Source: a virus
Taxonomy: Duplodnaviria; Heunggongvirae; Uroviricota; Caudoviricetes
Length of the DNA stretch: 64,000 nucleotides
Virus record (IMG/VR): IMGVR_UViG_3300047202_000060
Reading direction: 5' to 3' (one strand)
The position numbers and the translations under genes were made by a program. Positions 10,115 to 20,014 of the stretch are shown here, piece after piece. The notes beneath the pieces were generated by a model. That model saw only the letters and a program-made list of their open reading frames with translations. It was not told the origin of the DNA and did not search any database. Positions within the stretch are counted from its first letter, which is position 1; every line of letters starts with the position of its first letter.

Positions 10115-10699
10115 TTAACTTTCATCATACTTCCAAGTTAGAGTCTTGGCGATCTGGGTTCCCTGAACTGCTCCATTTGCGGCTGTATCTACTTTAACTT
10201 GTAAGACAACATGCTTACATCTTTCGGTTGTAGTATGGTCTCCCGAATCAATTACAGGGGGAGAACCAACAACATCTGAATTTACATCTGCCGTTGGCGT
10301 AGTTTGACCGTTGTAATAGGTATGCCCATCACCAGCATCTTCAATAGCATATCCAGTTGTTCCAGCAGTTCCATCAGCTTGTTCATAGTTTGCATCTGGA
10401 ACACCGTGATCTCCCGCATCTCTATTGCCTCTCCTAAGTTCTCCGCCGCTTCCAAAAGCCCAATTTATGTCGCCATTTGAGTAGTGTCGAATGTTATTTA
10501 TAGTAAAACCAGAACCCGCAGTTATAGTTAGACATACAGCCTTCCAATAACTGTAGTTAAACCCTGATGTCGGTATAACTACTGGATTTGTAGCTTGTGG
10601 TGTACCTTGATTTGTTGCAACATCGTCAGAGAACAACCTAACTCTATTAGAGATGGTCGTGTATGTTGGACCACCCGCATCACCTGTTATTTCTTGCAC
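10115..10699 (-). CDS. Probable virion structural protein
   Basis: G/T/N/D-rich beta-type composition; lies between the portal and fibre genes. Confidence 0.5.
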   Translation of the reverse strand: MQEITGDAGGPTYTTISNRVRLFSDDVATNQGTPQATNPVVIPTSGFNYSYWKAVCLTITAGSGFTINNIRHYSNGDINWAFGSGGELRRGNRDAGDHGVPDANYEQADGTAGTTGYAIEDAGDGHTYYNGQTTPTADVNSDVVGSPPVIDSGDHTTTERCKHVVLQVKVDTAANGAVQGTQIAKTLTWKYDES

Positions 10700-10788
10700 A
10701 ACGACTGTCGCTACGATAGTCTCATTCCTCAGTTTTATAGAAGGTGAAGGTACTATATAAATCTATCGCTTAATAAGTACAAAAAATG

Positions 10789-11172
10789 TTAAGAAACAGA
10801 TTTATAGATATAGTAGCCCTCTATATTAATTTTGCCAGCCTTTATAATGTCTGCTCTTGTTGGAACTTGAGGTACAGAAAAAACTATTCTCAATTGTGTT
10901 GGTCGATTAGGATAAACCCAAGACGATGAAAGAAATGCCTGAACACGATTATCGTCAAAAGAAACTCTAGTTATACCATAATCATAAGGAGATTCATTCT
11001 TAATCCAAACTGTAGCAGTTGCAGTATCCCCACCATTAGCAGTATTAGAAAGAATTTTTTCCGTACCATCTACAAGTTTTATTTTTATAGAATTATTCCA
11101 ACTAATAGTCGAAATTTTTTGAGTACATTCTGGGTCGGCATAGATTTCTAATTTCTCTATTTGATCGCTCAT
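10789..11172 (-). CDS. Hypothetical (possible Ig-like) protein
   Basis: Coupled to the portal stop codon; beta-strand pattern (ATVWIKNES, QLRIVFSVP). Confidence 0.45.
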   Translation of the reverse strand: MSDQIEKLEIYADPECTQKISTISWNNSIKIKLVDGTEKILSNTANGGDTATATVWIKNESPYDYGITRVSFDDNRVQAFLSSSWVYPNRPTQLRIVFSVPQVPTRADIIKAGKINIEGYYIYKSVS

Positions 11173-13748
11173 TACTCATCATCCTCTTTAAACTTTTCCT
11201 CTATTTTATCCATAATTTCTTTTTTCTTTTCACGAAGTTCTTTTTCATCCTTCTTCTTCTCTGGGTCTTCTTTAAGAGTTAAGTCTTGTTTAAGGTTAAT
11301 TTCAATTTCTTGTTTCTCGGCTTTAATTGGTTCTGTCTTTATAATAACTTCATGCTGAGTCTTTTCTGGCTGTTTAGTTTCGACTATAATGTTAACATCA
11401 ACTTTCTGTGGCTTCGGTTCTACTGGCTTTTCCTCACTTTCCTGAACATCGTGCTCAATTACATCTGAGGGATTTTCTATACCTGTTCTCTTTGAAACTT
11501 CTGCTATAACTTCTGCACATTTTCTTGCGTAAACATCTGGATTAATTCCAAGTTTTTTAACGAATTTTGCTTCAAAAGTTGTAGCCATTCGTTCAGCTTC
11601 TTTATATGGATAGTTCATATCCTGTTCAAATATGTATTCCAAGATTTCATGAGCAATTATTGGTTTGTAAAATTCTACTGGAACAAGAGGGTCTATATAA
11701 ATCTTTGTAAGGTCTTCGTTATATCTTGCTATCGCATCAGAAAGTTCTCTAACCTCTATTACTATTCCAGCAAACTCTTCTTTTGAAGCTGTGCTAGGAG
11801 AATTAAATGGATTAGCAATTGTAAAAGTATCGCCAACTTTTGTTATTTGTGGAATTGTTTCTTCTATCAAAGTTTCGCTTACTTGTCTCTTAGCTTCTGC
11901 TGGGTTTCTGGTTGTTCCTCTATTTGGAGTTGGTTTTGCACCAACCTTTTGTTTATTCACGCCAGCTTCTTGACGAACTTTTTGCTTCTCTTCGCTTGGC
12001 GGAGATGGCGGTCCCATAGTCTTCTCTTTAGGTTGTTCTTGTGCTTTAGCTTCTCCATTCTGTAGTTGTTGTTCTCGTAATTGTTTCTGAAATGCATCAG
12101 TTTCATCCTGTTTCTTTTTCAGGTCAGCCATAAACTCTTCCTGAGATGGAAGAATAACTTCCCAACCTCTTGTCTTCACAATATCCCGTTCAACTTCAAG
12201 CTTGGTTTGTGGCATTACAGGATTAGCTGAATTGAGAATATCTATATCCAACTTCAAACGATCTGCTGGATTAAGCAAATCTTCTGTTTTTGCCCTTATT
12301 TCTGGAACCCATTGAGGTTCGTTATATCCACCTTGTTTACTTTTCTTTTCACCATATTTTGCCCACATATGCAATCTAATAAGTTGTGTTCTTATTTGAT
12401 TTAGTAATTCTTCTTTTATTCTCATATGAGGAAAATATGGAAACTCTGTTATATTTCTAGCCTCGCGTGTATCCAATCCTAGAACTGACGGATTAACGTG
12501 CATTATTCCAGCGATAACTCTTAAGAAGTAGTTTATAGCGTTTTGAGCTTCGAAAACATTTCCACCAGCTTCTTTTAAATCAAACCCCGCTGGAACTGGA
12601 ATTGTTGACCAGTTTTTCTCAGACGCATCTTTAATTTGTGAAAGCAAGTTTCTGATATGAATTGCACCCCACGGTCTATCCTTTGTTCCGCAAATAATAA
12701 AGTATTTCTTGTTGCCCGCTCTATAAATTCCTTCCCCAACTGCATTCATAATCTTCTCAAGCAATTGAGCAGTTTTCATAGCTGGAAGAATTATACTTGG
12801 TCCTTTCTCCAACCAATTTCTTCGAGTTATTGAAAGAGAAAAAACTTGCCACGGAAGGAAATAAGCAGACGGTTTAACAAGAGTCTGTTTTGAATTCATT
12901 AAAGTTGACCTTACTAAATCTTCGGCTGTAAGTTGCATAGGTACACCTTGTTGGAGATTTTTCTGAGCAGAAGAAGTCATACCACCTTGAGAACTAGCTA
13001 CATTAGGCTGGTCGAGAACCCAATAGTCTGCTTCCCATGTTCTACCTCTTCGATATAGTCTCAATCTTGTGGGTGCATCAAGAAATATTTTCAATCTAGC
13101 TATACCTTTCAAGTCGCTCCATATTGGGTCTTTAATATCATATGACGTGTAATCAGATTTTGCGAGTTTTCCACTTTCTTGTGACAAGACTGAACTTGTT
13201 ATCGGTTTAGCATATTTCTGGAATAGATCACCATCATCGCCCTCATAAACTATTTCGGCGGCGGCAAATCCATCAGTAAGAGCATTATCAACCAAAATGT
13301 TGAGCAAAGAATTTAAACCAATGGTATAAGCATCTTGATAAACATCGTTCATCCACCGTTGAAGTTCCTTTCTTACTTCTTGTTGATGTGAATCGGTTAT
13401 ATCATCAACCATAACATCAATGCCACTTCCCAAAATAATATCTTTGATATATTCTACACAAGCGGCTATTGGACCAAATCTTTCCCGCAATCGGCGACAT
13501 TCAGTTAAATCATCTACTCTTTCACTTTGAGGTTTAAAAAGTTGACCACCCTCAACCTTAAATGCTCCTTCACCAGACTCACTAATAACTACATAACCAT
13601 CATGAAACGTTTCTTCAAGAATTTCTTCCTTGCTTTTCCCTGTTTTTTCCACTTCTTCTAATATATACTCATGTAAATCACGAGCGGAAAAATTAGCTGG
13701 TTTACGCTTTGTTACTTTGGGTTTAACCCTTGTACTCATAATTACCAC
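11172..13748 (-). CDS. Portal protein with a long C-terminal extension containing a zincin-like HExxE segment
   Basis: Portal-like pattern (IAACVEYIKDIILGSG, DNALTDGFAAAEIV, GPSIILPA, IAGIMHVNPSVLG); C-terminal IYIDPLVP...IIAHEILE. Confidence 0.7.
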   Translation of the reverse strand: MVIMSTRVKPKVTKRKPANFSARDLHEYILEEVEKTGKSKEEILEETFHDGYVVISESGEGAFKVEGGQLFKPQSERVDDLTECRRLRERFGPIAACVEYIKDIILGSGIDVMVDDITDSHQQEVRKELQRWMNDVYQDAYTIGLNSLLNILVDNALTDGFAAAEIVYEGDDGDLFQKYAKPITSSVLSQESGKLAKSDYTSYDIKDPIWSDLKGIARLKIFLDAPTRLRLYRRGRTWEADYWVLDQPNVASSQGGMTSSAQKNLQQGVPMQLTAEDLVRSTLMNSKQTLVKPSAYFLPWQVFSLSITRRNWLEKGPSIILPAMKTAQLLEKIMNAVGEGIYRAGNKKYFIICGTKDRPWGAIHIRNLLSQIKDASEKNWSTIPVPAGFDLKEAGGNVFEAQNAINYFLRVIAGIMHVNPSVLGLDTREARNITEFPYFPHMRIKEELLNQIRTQLIRLHMWAKYGEKKSKQGGYNEPQWVPEIRAKTEDLLNPADRLKLDIDILNSANPVMPQTKLEVERDIVKTRGWEVILPSQEEFMADLKKKQDETDAFQKQLREQQLQNGEAKAQEQPKEKTMGPPSPPSEEKQKVRQEAGVNKQKVGAKPTPNRGTTRNPAEAKRQVSETLIEETIPQITKVGDTFTIANPFNSPSTASKEEFAGIVIEVRELSDAIARYNEDLTKIYIDPLVPVEFYKPIIAHEILEYIFEQDMNYPYKEAERMATTFEAKFVKKLGINPDVYARKCAEVIAEVSKRTGIENPSDVIEHDVQESEEKPVEPKPQKVDVNIIVETKQPEKTQHEVIIKTEPIKAEKQEIEINLKQDLTLKEDPEKKKDEKELREKKKEIMDKIEEKFKEDDE

Positions 13749-13816
13749 ATTATAGTAATATATAAAACAAGTATTTAAAGGTTATGGCTTTCGTATTACA
13801 CAAATATCGATGAGTT

Positions 13817-14452
13817 TTAGGTCTTTTTTATATCCTTTTTACTATTTTTTGCCCATTCATCCAATTTACTCTCGGTTGCAGAAGTAATATCGGGTTTACC
13901 ATCAACCCATCCATCAATTCCATATTCTCCATATGGGTCTGGAAGAGTCACTTTTCGTGGTAAATCATAAAGTTCTACTGGAAACTTTCCTTCCTGAATC
14001 CATAGAATAGTCTGATAAGCACAAATTAGATTCCATATCGCCGCCACTAGATGGTTTTCGTCATTACGCCCGTCAATAACTTGTGATGCATGACGAATTG
14101 CTGAATCCAGAAATGAATGTACTGGTATTCCATTTTCCCAATTTCGGTCTCCATATTTTTCACATCCTTTCTGATAATGAATAGCAATTGCTCGGATTAC
14201 AGCCCATGGCAAAAGGTCAAATCGTCCTTTCCCACTAGCCATATCTCTAACTGCACCAGTTCCGAAATCTCTACGTTCACCAGAATCTTTAATTTTATAG
14301 TCATTTTCAGTTGATTGTGGAGTTGGTGGTTCTTTATCGGGTTTTTCGTGTTTTCTTGAAAGTCCCTCAATTACTTTTCGATTAGGTGTAGGTGGTTCTA
14401 GTCCTTTTGGTGCTGGTGCTTCTCTATGTTCTCTTTTTCTACTTTTAATCAT
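13817..14452 (-). CDS. dATP/dGTP diphosphohydrolase domain protein (DUF5664-type)
   Basis: GAVRD..GKGRFDLLPW...KGCEKYGDRNWENGIP...SAIRH...ENHLVAAIWN signature. Confidence 0.85.
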   Translation of the reverse strand: MIKSRKREHREAPAPKGLEPPTPNRKVIEGLSRKHEKPDKEPPTPQSTENDYKIKDSGERRDFGTGAVRDMASGKGRFDLLPWAVIRAIAIHYQKGCEKYGDRNWENGIPVHSFLDSAIRHASQVIDGRNDENHLVAAIWNLICAYQTILWIQEGKFPVELYDLPRKVTLPDPYGEYGIDGWVDGKPDITSATESKLDEWAKNSKKDIKKT

Positions 14453-14655
14453 GTAGTTCCAACCTTACTAGATTGTTCGCTTTCTTCCTTATAAGTGTTA
14501 CGGTTTTCCAGTTTATCTAGCCTAACCTTTATTTCATCTATTTCACAATAGAGTTGCTTAATCCAAACATATTGAGCGTGAGATTGTTTATTCCGTGGTC
14601 TGATTCTCGCTGGACGGTTGAACTTTTTGTTTTTCTCGTTTTTTTCTTTCTGCAT
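14449..14655 (-). CDS. Small hypothetical protein
   Basis: Overlapping start/stop with its neighbours. Confidence 0.35.
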   Translation of the reverse strand: MQKEKNEKNKKFNRPARIRPRNKQSHAQYVWIKQLYCEIDEIKVRLDKLENRNTYKEESEQSSKVGTT

Positions 14656-14752
14656 ATTCGTATTGTCTCCTTAAATTTTCTAAATCCATATCCCATTTTT
14701 CTTGAGGGATTTCTTTCCTTCTAGGTCTATTTTTACGCTGGTTCTTATTCAT
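14588..14752 (-). CDS. Small basic hypothetical protein (MNKNQRKNRPRR...)
   Basis: ATG 14752 overlaps the primase stop; the longer track ORF start lies inside the primase gene. Confidence 0.35.
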   Translation of the reverse strand: MNKNQRKNRPRRKEIPQEKWDMDLENLRRQYEYAERKKREKQKVQPSSENQTTE

Positions 14753-15896
14753 TTTTTTCTTTCCTTCGGTTATATATTGAACATTGTAATTTGTCGCACC
14801 AGTTGAGGTCTTCAATTGTAGTGCAACGATATGGCTTCCATTTATGACTCTTTTCGATTTCTGGAACTTTATTTTTGAAAAACCAATCAAGTTGAGTACG
14901 ACAATGACCACTAGGATTATCCCCATCATAATCATGAAAACATTTAAAAAGTTCTAACATTTTATCATAAGTATTATATCCAGCCCAATATGCTTCAAGT
15001 TCAAGAGCTAAACGCATTTGGTGGGGCATTTCCCCAGACTCCATTCTCCGTTTAAAACATGGTCTAATTTCTCCAACAAATCCATGTTTTATTTCCCAAT
15101 TCCCTTTATGTTCTTCTTGTCTTTTAATAATTTCGAGTTCTCTCTTTTTGATTGCATCATATGCTAAACCAACCGCCCGCAACCAATTTGTATCTTTCAG
15201 ACCATTTAATCTAAAATCATCTATACCACGAAACTTAGCCTTTATAATCTTTTCTTCTTCTATCCCATCAACTAAATAACATTCTTCACCGCTTACTTCA
15301 TGAATTGAAGTTGGTATTCTACACATTCGTTTTAAATCTCCAACAACCGCAGTATCGAGATATTTATAACCACCTTTTTTGTCCCGCATAAATTCACGTT
15401 GAAGTTGGTAATATGTCTCTTTAAGAACTTCTTCATTATTATCTGTCACCGTGTAAACTTTGTCAAGATAGATATAAACATGAAAACCTTTTCTTGTTTT
15501 TACCGCGAGTGGAATAATACCTCTTCCCTTTAACTTTGATAAGAAAAAGCCAACTTCTTTTTGGCATTCCTTTTTTCTTTTCTCATAAACGGCTTCTCGT
15601 TTAGCTGGGTTTTTTACTCTCTGTTCCAACTGTTTTACAAAAGTTTTATTTGCATAATCGAAGTCGAAAAATAATCTCTCTATTCCAGAAACCTTTTCGA
15701 AAGCACTTCTAGGATTAACACTAATAAATGCTGGTAATTTTTTTTCCTCTGCAAAACTCATACATTCAAATATATCATTTGGATTATCTGTAAAATATCT
15801 CTTCCGTCCTTCAAACGGTGGATTACCAAGTTCTCTACCAAACATTCCAAAAAATTCGAGAAGAAATTGTTCTTTAGATATGTGATCTTTATCCAA
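14745..15896 (-). CDS. Archaeo-eukaryotic primase, probably a PriS catalytic domain fused to a PriL-like Fe-S C-terminal domain
   Basis: AEP motifs RLFFDFD, KTRKGFHVY, GDLKRMCRIP; C-terminus RPCF...MPHQMRL...YRCTTIEDLNWCDKLQC with four spaced Cys. Confidence 0.85.
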   Translation of the reverse strand: MDKDHISKEQFLLEFFGMFGRELGNPPFEGRKRYFTDNPNDIFECMSFAEEKKLPAFISVNPRSAFEKVSGIERLFFDFDYANKTFVKQLEQRVKNPAKREAVYEKRKKECQKEVGFFLSKLKGRGIIPLAVKTRKGFHVYIYLDKVYTVTDNNEEVLKETYYQLQREFMRDKKGGYKYLDTAVVGDLKRMCRIPTSIHEVSGEECYLVDGIEEEKIIKAKFRGIDDFRLNGLKDTNWLRAVGLAYDAIKKRELEIIKRQEEHKGNWEIKHGFVGEIRPCFKRRMESGEMPHQMRLALELEAYWAGYNTYDKMLELFKCFHDYDGDNPSGHCRTQLDWFFKNKVPEIEKSHKWKPYRCTTIEDLNWCDKLQCSIYNRRKEKNE

Positions 15897-16047
15897 TTAG
15901 ATTATCCTCACAATTATAGTCAGCACGTTTAATAAACATCTGTTGCCAATAATTAATACATCTTCGTCCTTCTGTCTTTCTAGCATATGGACATTCGTCA
16001 CAAGTTATCCATGTACCATCTGGTTTTGTAAAAACATTTTTATCCAT
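15889..16047 (-). CDS. Small Cys-containing protein (52 aa, below the track cut-off)
   Basis: MDKNVFTKPDGTWITCDECPYARK...; both ends overlap the neighbouring genes. Confidence 0.4.
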   Translation of the reverse strand: MDKNVFTKPDGTWITCDECPYARKTEGRRCINYWQQMFIKRADYNCEDNLIG

Positions 16048-16525
16048 ATTTTCTTTTCAACGCCTTAATAAGTTCTTCTTCTGTTCTACAAATCTTTCCA
16101 AATCTACATTCATATATAAGCCATGGATGATTACAAAGATGTTCATTTGAACATAAAAGAAATACTGGTCTTCGTTTAATAACACCAGTATAGAAAATTT
16201 CGTCACTTGTACCCTTACTAAGATCAGACATATATGCTATTGTAAAATCAGTCCTATCTATGTATCCCAAATCTCTTGTGACTATTGTTTTGCTACTCGA
16301 ATTAGCCATTTTTACAATTTGAAGATAATCCACTTTTTCTCCATGTACTTCTTTATCATCTGCAAATTGAATGTGTTTCCATTTAGTAGTTCCGTCTTGT
16401 TCATAGAAAGGATTTCGTGTCCTAATCCCCAATGCATGAATTTTCGGAACCAAAACATCCTTCACATAAAGACGATGTTGGAATGTATGAGCTAAATAAG
16501 CTTTAACATCAGCTTTTGGCATCAA
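16040..16525 (-). CDS. Nucleoside 2-deoxyribosyltransferase / nucleotide N-glycosidase-like protein
   Basis: AYLAH, RNPF and DLGYIDRTDFTIAYMSDLSKGTSDEIFY fit the NDT pattern D..hI..aD......s.GT..E. Confidence 0.65.
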   Translation of the reverse strand: MMPKADVKAYLAHTFQHRLYVKDVLVPKIHALGIRTRNPFYEQDGTTKWKHIQFADDKEVHGEKVDYLQIVKMANSSSKTIVTRDLGYIDRTDFTIAYMSDLSKGTSDEIFYTGVIKRRPVFLLCSNEHLCNHPWLIYECRFGKICRTEEELIKALKRKYG

Positions 16526-16590
16526 GTATTCTCCCTATTGAGGAAAGCGTTTTTGCTCTCCATTTGATTACTCGAAGATAATATTGTCGT

Positions 16591-17043
16591 TTAATTTCCT
16601 GTTTTGTCATTTTTCCCCATCTCTAATATTTTTTTCGCCAACTCTATATCCTGTTCCTTTAATCTCCTAGATACTTCATCAATCACCTTTATAAACCTTT
16701 CTCTTGGTTCTCCGCGAAGAAGTTCGGCAACCATAGCAACACGAGTAGGATTTGCATAAAGAAACGCTCTAATTGCATCTCCCAAAGGATGACAACCAAA
16801 GCAAAGTTCGCTAGTATTCTCAATCGCCAATTGAGGATTTTCCTTTACTGTATCAGGTTGATAGGCATACCACCAATGATGAAGAGCGGTTACTCTTATT
16901 TCCCCGTTAGCAATTGATTTTCCACAGGCATCACACTTATGTTTTCGTGGGTCAAATGGCAAAGTAACTACTATTCCATGACCGTGAGCAGTTTCATATC
17001 GTACTTTGAAACCAATTTTATTAACTTTCTTTTTCTCCGCCAT
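16591..17043 (-). CDS. HNH-like Zn-binding hypothetical protein
   Basis: CDACG...ALHH...ELCFGCH; likely start is the ATG at 17043 (MAEKK), not the track start at 17226. Confidence 0.5.
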   Translation of the reverse strand: MAEKKKVNKIGFKVRYETAHGHGIVVTLPFDPRKHKCDACGKSIANGEIRVTALHHWWYAYQPDTVKENPQLAIENTSELCFGCHPLGDAIRAFLYANPTRVAMVAELLRGEPRERFIKVIDEVSRRLKEQDIELAKKILEMGKNDKTGN

Positions 17044-17293
17044 TTTTCCAACTTCTTTGTTTCCAGCTTCGCCACAATTCTTCTCCGTATTTGGCAATGA
17101 AGTTTCGGTCTTCTTGTGTGAGATTTCTGAGCCATTCTCGGCGTTTTCTGAGTCTTTCTTCTCCGCGTTCATCTCGTTCGTTTTGGGGTTCTGGATGTTC
17201 ATATCTTTCTTCCTCAAAAAATTCATCTTCCTCTTTATATCTTTTAGATTCTGGTTGTTGTTCAGGCTGTTCCAATGTCTTCTTCCGTTCCAT
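17021..17293 (-). CDS. Small charged hypothetical protein
   Basis: Fills the gap between neighbours with short overlaps. Confidence 0.4.
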   Translation of the reverse strand: MERKKTLEQPEQQPESKRYKEEDEFFEEERYEHPEPQNERDERGEERLRKRREWLRNLTQEDRNFIAKYGEELWRSWKQRSWKNGGEKES

Positions 17294-17699
17294 CTTCTAC
17301 ATCTTGATACATAGCATCATAACATTCCCTATGAAAGTAAAGATGCTTTTTACGATGATGTTTTGAAATTACATCTTGTGTCCATTTAACTAATGTAAAA
17401 GATACTTGACTTTTACAAACAGGACATTTAAGCAAAGATTTTTGTGTTGATTCTTGAAACTCCAAATCATCTGGATAAGTAATAGGAGCATCACAATTTG
17501 GACATTTTGCACTACCCATAACCACTATTTCTCTTCCAAAGCCTTTGTTACCAACTTCGAAGATACAATGAATAGCACAACATTTAAGTGAGCCATCTTT
17601 GAACATCCCTCTGCCACGAAGAATAGCTTCAATATGTGGAGTATAAATAAATTCCATATTCTTACTTCTCCAATTTTTCCAGAAGACGTTTACATTCAT
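17262..17699 (-). CDS. Hypothetical Zn-finger protein
   Basis: CPNC, CPVC and FHRECY motifs. Confidence 0.5.
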   Translation of the reverse strand: MNVNVFWKNWRSKNMEFIYTPHIEAILRGRGMFKDGSLKCCAIHCIFEVGNKGFGREIVVMGSAKCPNCDAPITYPDDLEFQESTQKSLLKCPVCKSQVSFTLVKWTQDVISKHHRKKHLYFHRECYDAMYQDVEDGTEEDIGTA

Positions 17700-17804
17700 C
17701 TTCCGAAATTACGTGGTAAAGATACAAGTCCTCAATGATGTCCTTTAGAACTTCTTGCATTATTTCAAGTTCAACCTTTATTTTTATCTCGTCCATATTT
17801 TCAC

Positions 17805-18806
17805 CTAAGCGTGTAGTGGTTCCTCTTTTGACGGCTCTTCGTCAGTTTTCTCTTCACCCTTTCTCTTCTTTTTCTCTTTATCCCTCATTGCTTCTATTTG
17901 GTTCTTTTCATATTCTTCTGCTTTTTCAAGAACTTTTGCCGCAGTTTCCGTATCTGGCAAATCTTCTATTCCTTTTACTGTTATGCGATATGGTCGTTCA
18001 GTCAAAGGTTTCCAATCTGAATCTGTCAATCGAGCAATGCGAACATTTCCTTGTGCTCGTCTTAGAAACATAACATATGAAGCTTGATGTTCTATTGATG
18101 CCCCGCCAACAGCTTTGAAACTTGCCCATTTAGGCATAAATGCACTTGCATTAGGAGACTCATATATTTGGGTTGTAAATATCAAAGCACATTCGAATGC
18201 TTTTGCAATTTCTGTACCAGTTATCATTAGTTCTCTAATTGGTGGCTGTTTCACTTGAAGTTCTTGTCGTCCCGCAAACTCTATTCCACGGAATAACTTT
18301 GTTAATGAATCGATGATTATTACACCAACTTTTCCTATATTCTCATCTGCTGGGGATGGCAATTGTGCAAGAGTCATCATTAGTTCAACCCAATTTGCTG
18401 GCTGAAATAGTTTGATTTTGGCAAATACAACCTTATAATCTAGTTGTCTGGCATCACACATTTCCTTAATTCTGGACCATCTAAATGAACCTTCGCAATC
18501 AATGAAAATTACTGTATCTGGACATAGAACAGCAATTGTAAAACAAGTTTCGGTTTTTCCAGAACCATATTCTCCAAAAAGAAGCATTGATGAACCAGCT
18601 TCAAATCCACCGCCTACCATATCATCAATAAGTGTTCCAGTTTTTAGTTTTATCTGAGATTGTTCTTTTTCGAATGCTTCAAATGGGTCAACTGGTTTTA
18701 TTTTTTTGCCTTTATGGTCTTTATAGAATTGGACAATCTTTTTCTCTTTTTGATCTGCCAAATCGCCAATAATGTCGGTGAGTTGTTTTTGTGTTTCTTC
18801 TGGCAT
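17805..18806 (-). CDS. radA: RadA/Rad51-like recombinase
   Basis: TGT..DDMVGGGFEAG, Walker A GEYGSGKT, FIDCEGSFR, Walker B IIIDSL, TTQ, GG..IEH, RIARL. Confidence 0.9.
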   Translation of the reverse strand: MPEETQKQLTDIIGDLADQKEKKIVQFYKDHKGKKIKPVDPFEAFEKEQSQIKLKTGTLIDDMVGGGFEAGSSMLLFGEYGSGKTETCFTIAVLCPDTVIFIDCEGSFRWSRIKEMCDARQLDYKVVFAKIKLFQPANWVELMMTLAQLPSPADENIGKVGVIIIDSLTKLFRGIEFAGRQELQVKQPPIRELMITGTEIAKAFECALIFTTQIYESPNASAFMPKWASFKAVGGASIEHQASYVMFLRRAQGNVRIARLTDSDWKPLTERPYRITVKGIEDLPDTETAAKVLEKAEEYEKNQIEAMRDKEKKKRKGEEKTDEEPSKEEPLHA

Positions 18807-19087
18807 TAACCTGTCGCCGTCCTAATTTTAGGCATAAATTCATCTACTGCCTTTTTGATGTTTTCCCAATCCTTTTCGAAATTTATTCCCATTTTCTGTT
18901 TTCGCTTCCAGCCATTCATTTTATCATTCCATTGCCAAAGATAGACCATTATCTTATCATGCCCAAACATATTGCCGAGTAAAACAGCACACCACCATTT
19001 TGAAGTTTTATAGATGGTGCGATACTCTATCACTTGAATGGCTTCATCAACTGGAAGCTGTTCTTTTTGTTCTGGATTTTCTGCCAT
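18806..19087 (-). CDS. Small protein, possibly a PC4-like ssDNA-binding fold
   Basis: Aromatic beta-strand pattern (YLWQW...WKRKQKMGI) followed by a helix; next to radA; the fold is a guess. Confidence 0.35.
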   Translation of the reverse strand: MAENPEQKEQLPVDEAIQVIEYRTIYKTSKWWCAVLLGNMFGHDKIMVYLWQWNDKMNGWKRKQKMGINFEKDWENIKKAVDEFMPKIRTATG

Positions 19088-19093
19088 ATTTTA

Positions 19094-19669
19094 TCAACTC
19101 GTATATTCTTCTGATTTTTCTTGAGCTAACTGCTCTTGCATTTGCTCAATTTGAGCGAGAATTCTTAATATGTGTTTTTTCCCGCTAACCTTCAAATACA
19201 TATCTTGAAGTAATTCGGTTAAAAGACCATAACAATCATAACCAGTAATAGCCAAATTATCAACTATTACTCTCAGAACTGTTGATATAAGAGCTAATCG
19301 TTTATTGATGTTATCTTTTACTTCTGGTCCTTCGTTACAATTTCTAGCAATAAACATAGCTAAAATTTGAAGAGTTTGATTTAGTTTTATATATTCTGGA
19401 CTCATTTCTTCTTTGTTTTTCCAAACATCCTGATTTTCTGGTGTTTCATATTTTGGAACTTTACCATAAAGCGCATCCAAATCAATAGAAAGAGAAAGTA
19501 CATTTTGTTTATTCTCTTCTTTCTTTTCTAGTGCTGGTAATGCTTTAGACTTTTCATCTTCTTTCTTTAAACAATCAAGACATTTTCCCAAAGTCCTTGT
19601 TTCATCAAGTATAAGAGGACATCCACAAACTGAACATTTATATTCTTGGTGTTCTGGATTTTCTCCCAT
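19094..19669 (-). CDS. Hypothetical protein with N-terminal Zn finger
   Basis: CSVCG...CLDC. Confidence 0.5.
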   Translation of the reverse strand: MGENPEHQEYKCSVCGCPLILDETRTLGKCLDCLKKEDEKSKALPALEKKEENKQNVLSLSIDLDALYGKVPKYETPENQDVWKNKEEMSPEYIKLNQTLQILAMFIARNCNEGPEVKDNINKRLALISTVLRVIVDNLAITGYDCYGLLTELLQDMYLKVSGKKHILRILAQIEQMQEQLAQEKSEEYTS

Positions 19670-19963
19670 TTAATATGCCTCACATAGTTTATTCATAAAT
19701 CGTTCTGTCTTTGTAATGTGATAGGTTATTGTTCCGACTTTTATTGAATAAATCGGAGTAATTTTGTCAATCGCACGAAATATAGCAAAAATTTTCCCTT
19801 CGTCAACTTCAAAGGAAATTTTCATGCTTCCCTTGATGGCTTCACAAGTGCTTTGGGAAGTATCAAGCCACAAATTAAGTTCAATAGGATACATACAAAG
19901 TGGCTTTGCAGATTTGCGAATATCCACGAATATTCTACTTATTGTGTCTTCTAGTGTTGACAT
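19670..19963 (-). CDS. Hypothetical protein
   Basis: Follows the TATA box at about 19998; abuts the next ORF. Confidence 0.45.
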   Translation of the reverse strand: MSTLEDTISRIFVDIRKSAKPLCMYPIELNLWLDTSQSTCEAIKGSMKISFEVDEGKIFAIFRAIDKITPIYSIKVGTITYHITKTERFMNKLCEAY

Positions 19964-20014
19964 ATTACGTTCACTAACATAAAAATAGCTTTCGAGTATT
20001 TAAAGGTTGCGGTT

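Noticed and set aside
13817-14452. 2-aminoadenine (Z) or deazaguanine genome
   Set aside because: The diphosphohydrolase alone is not enough; no synthase or transglycosylase gene is in this window.
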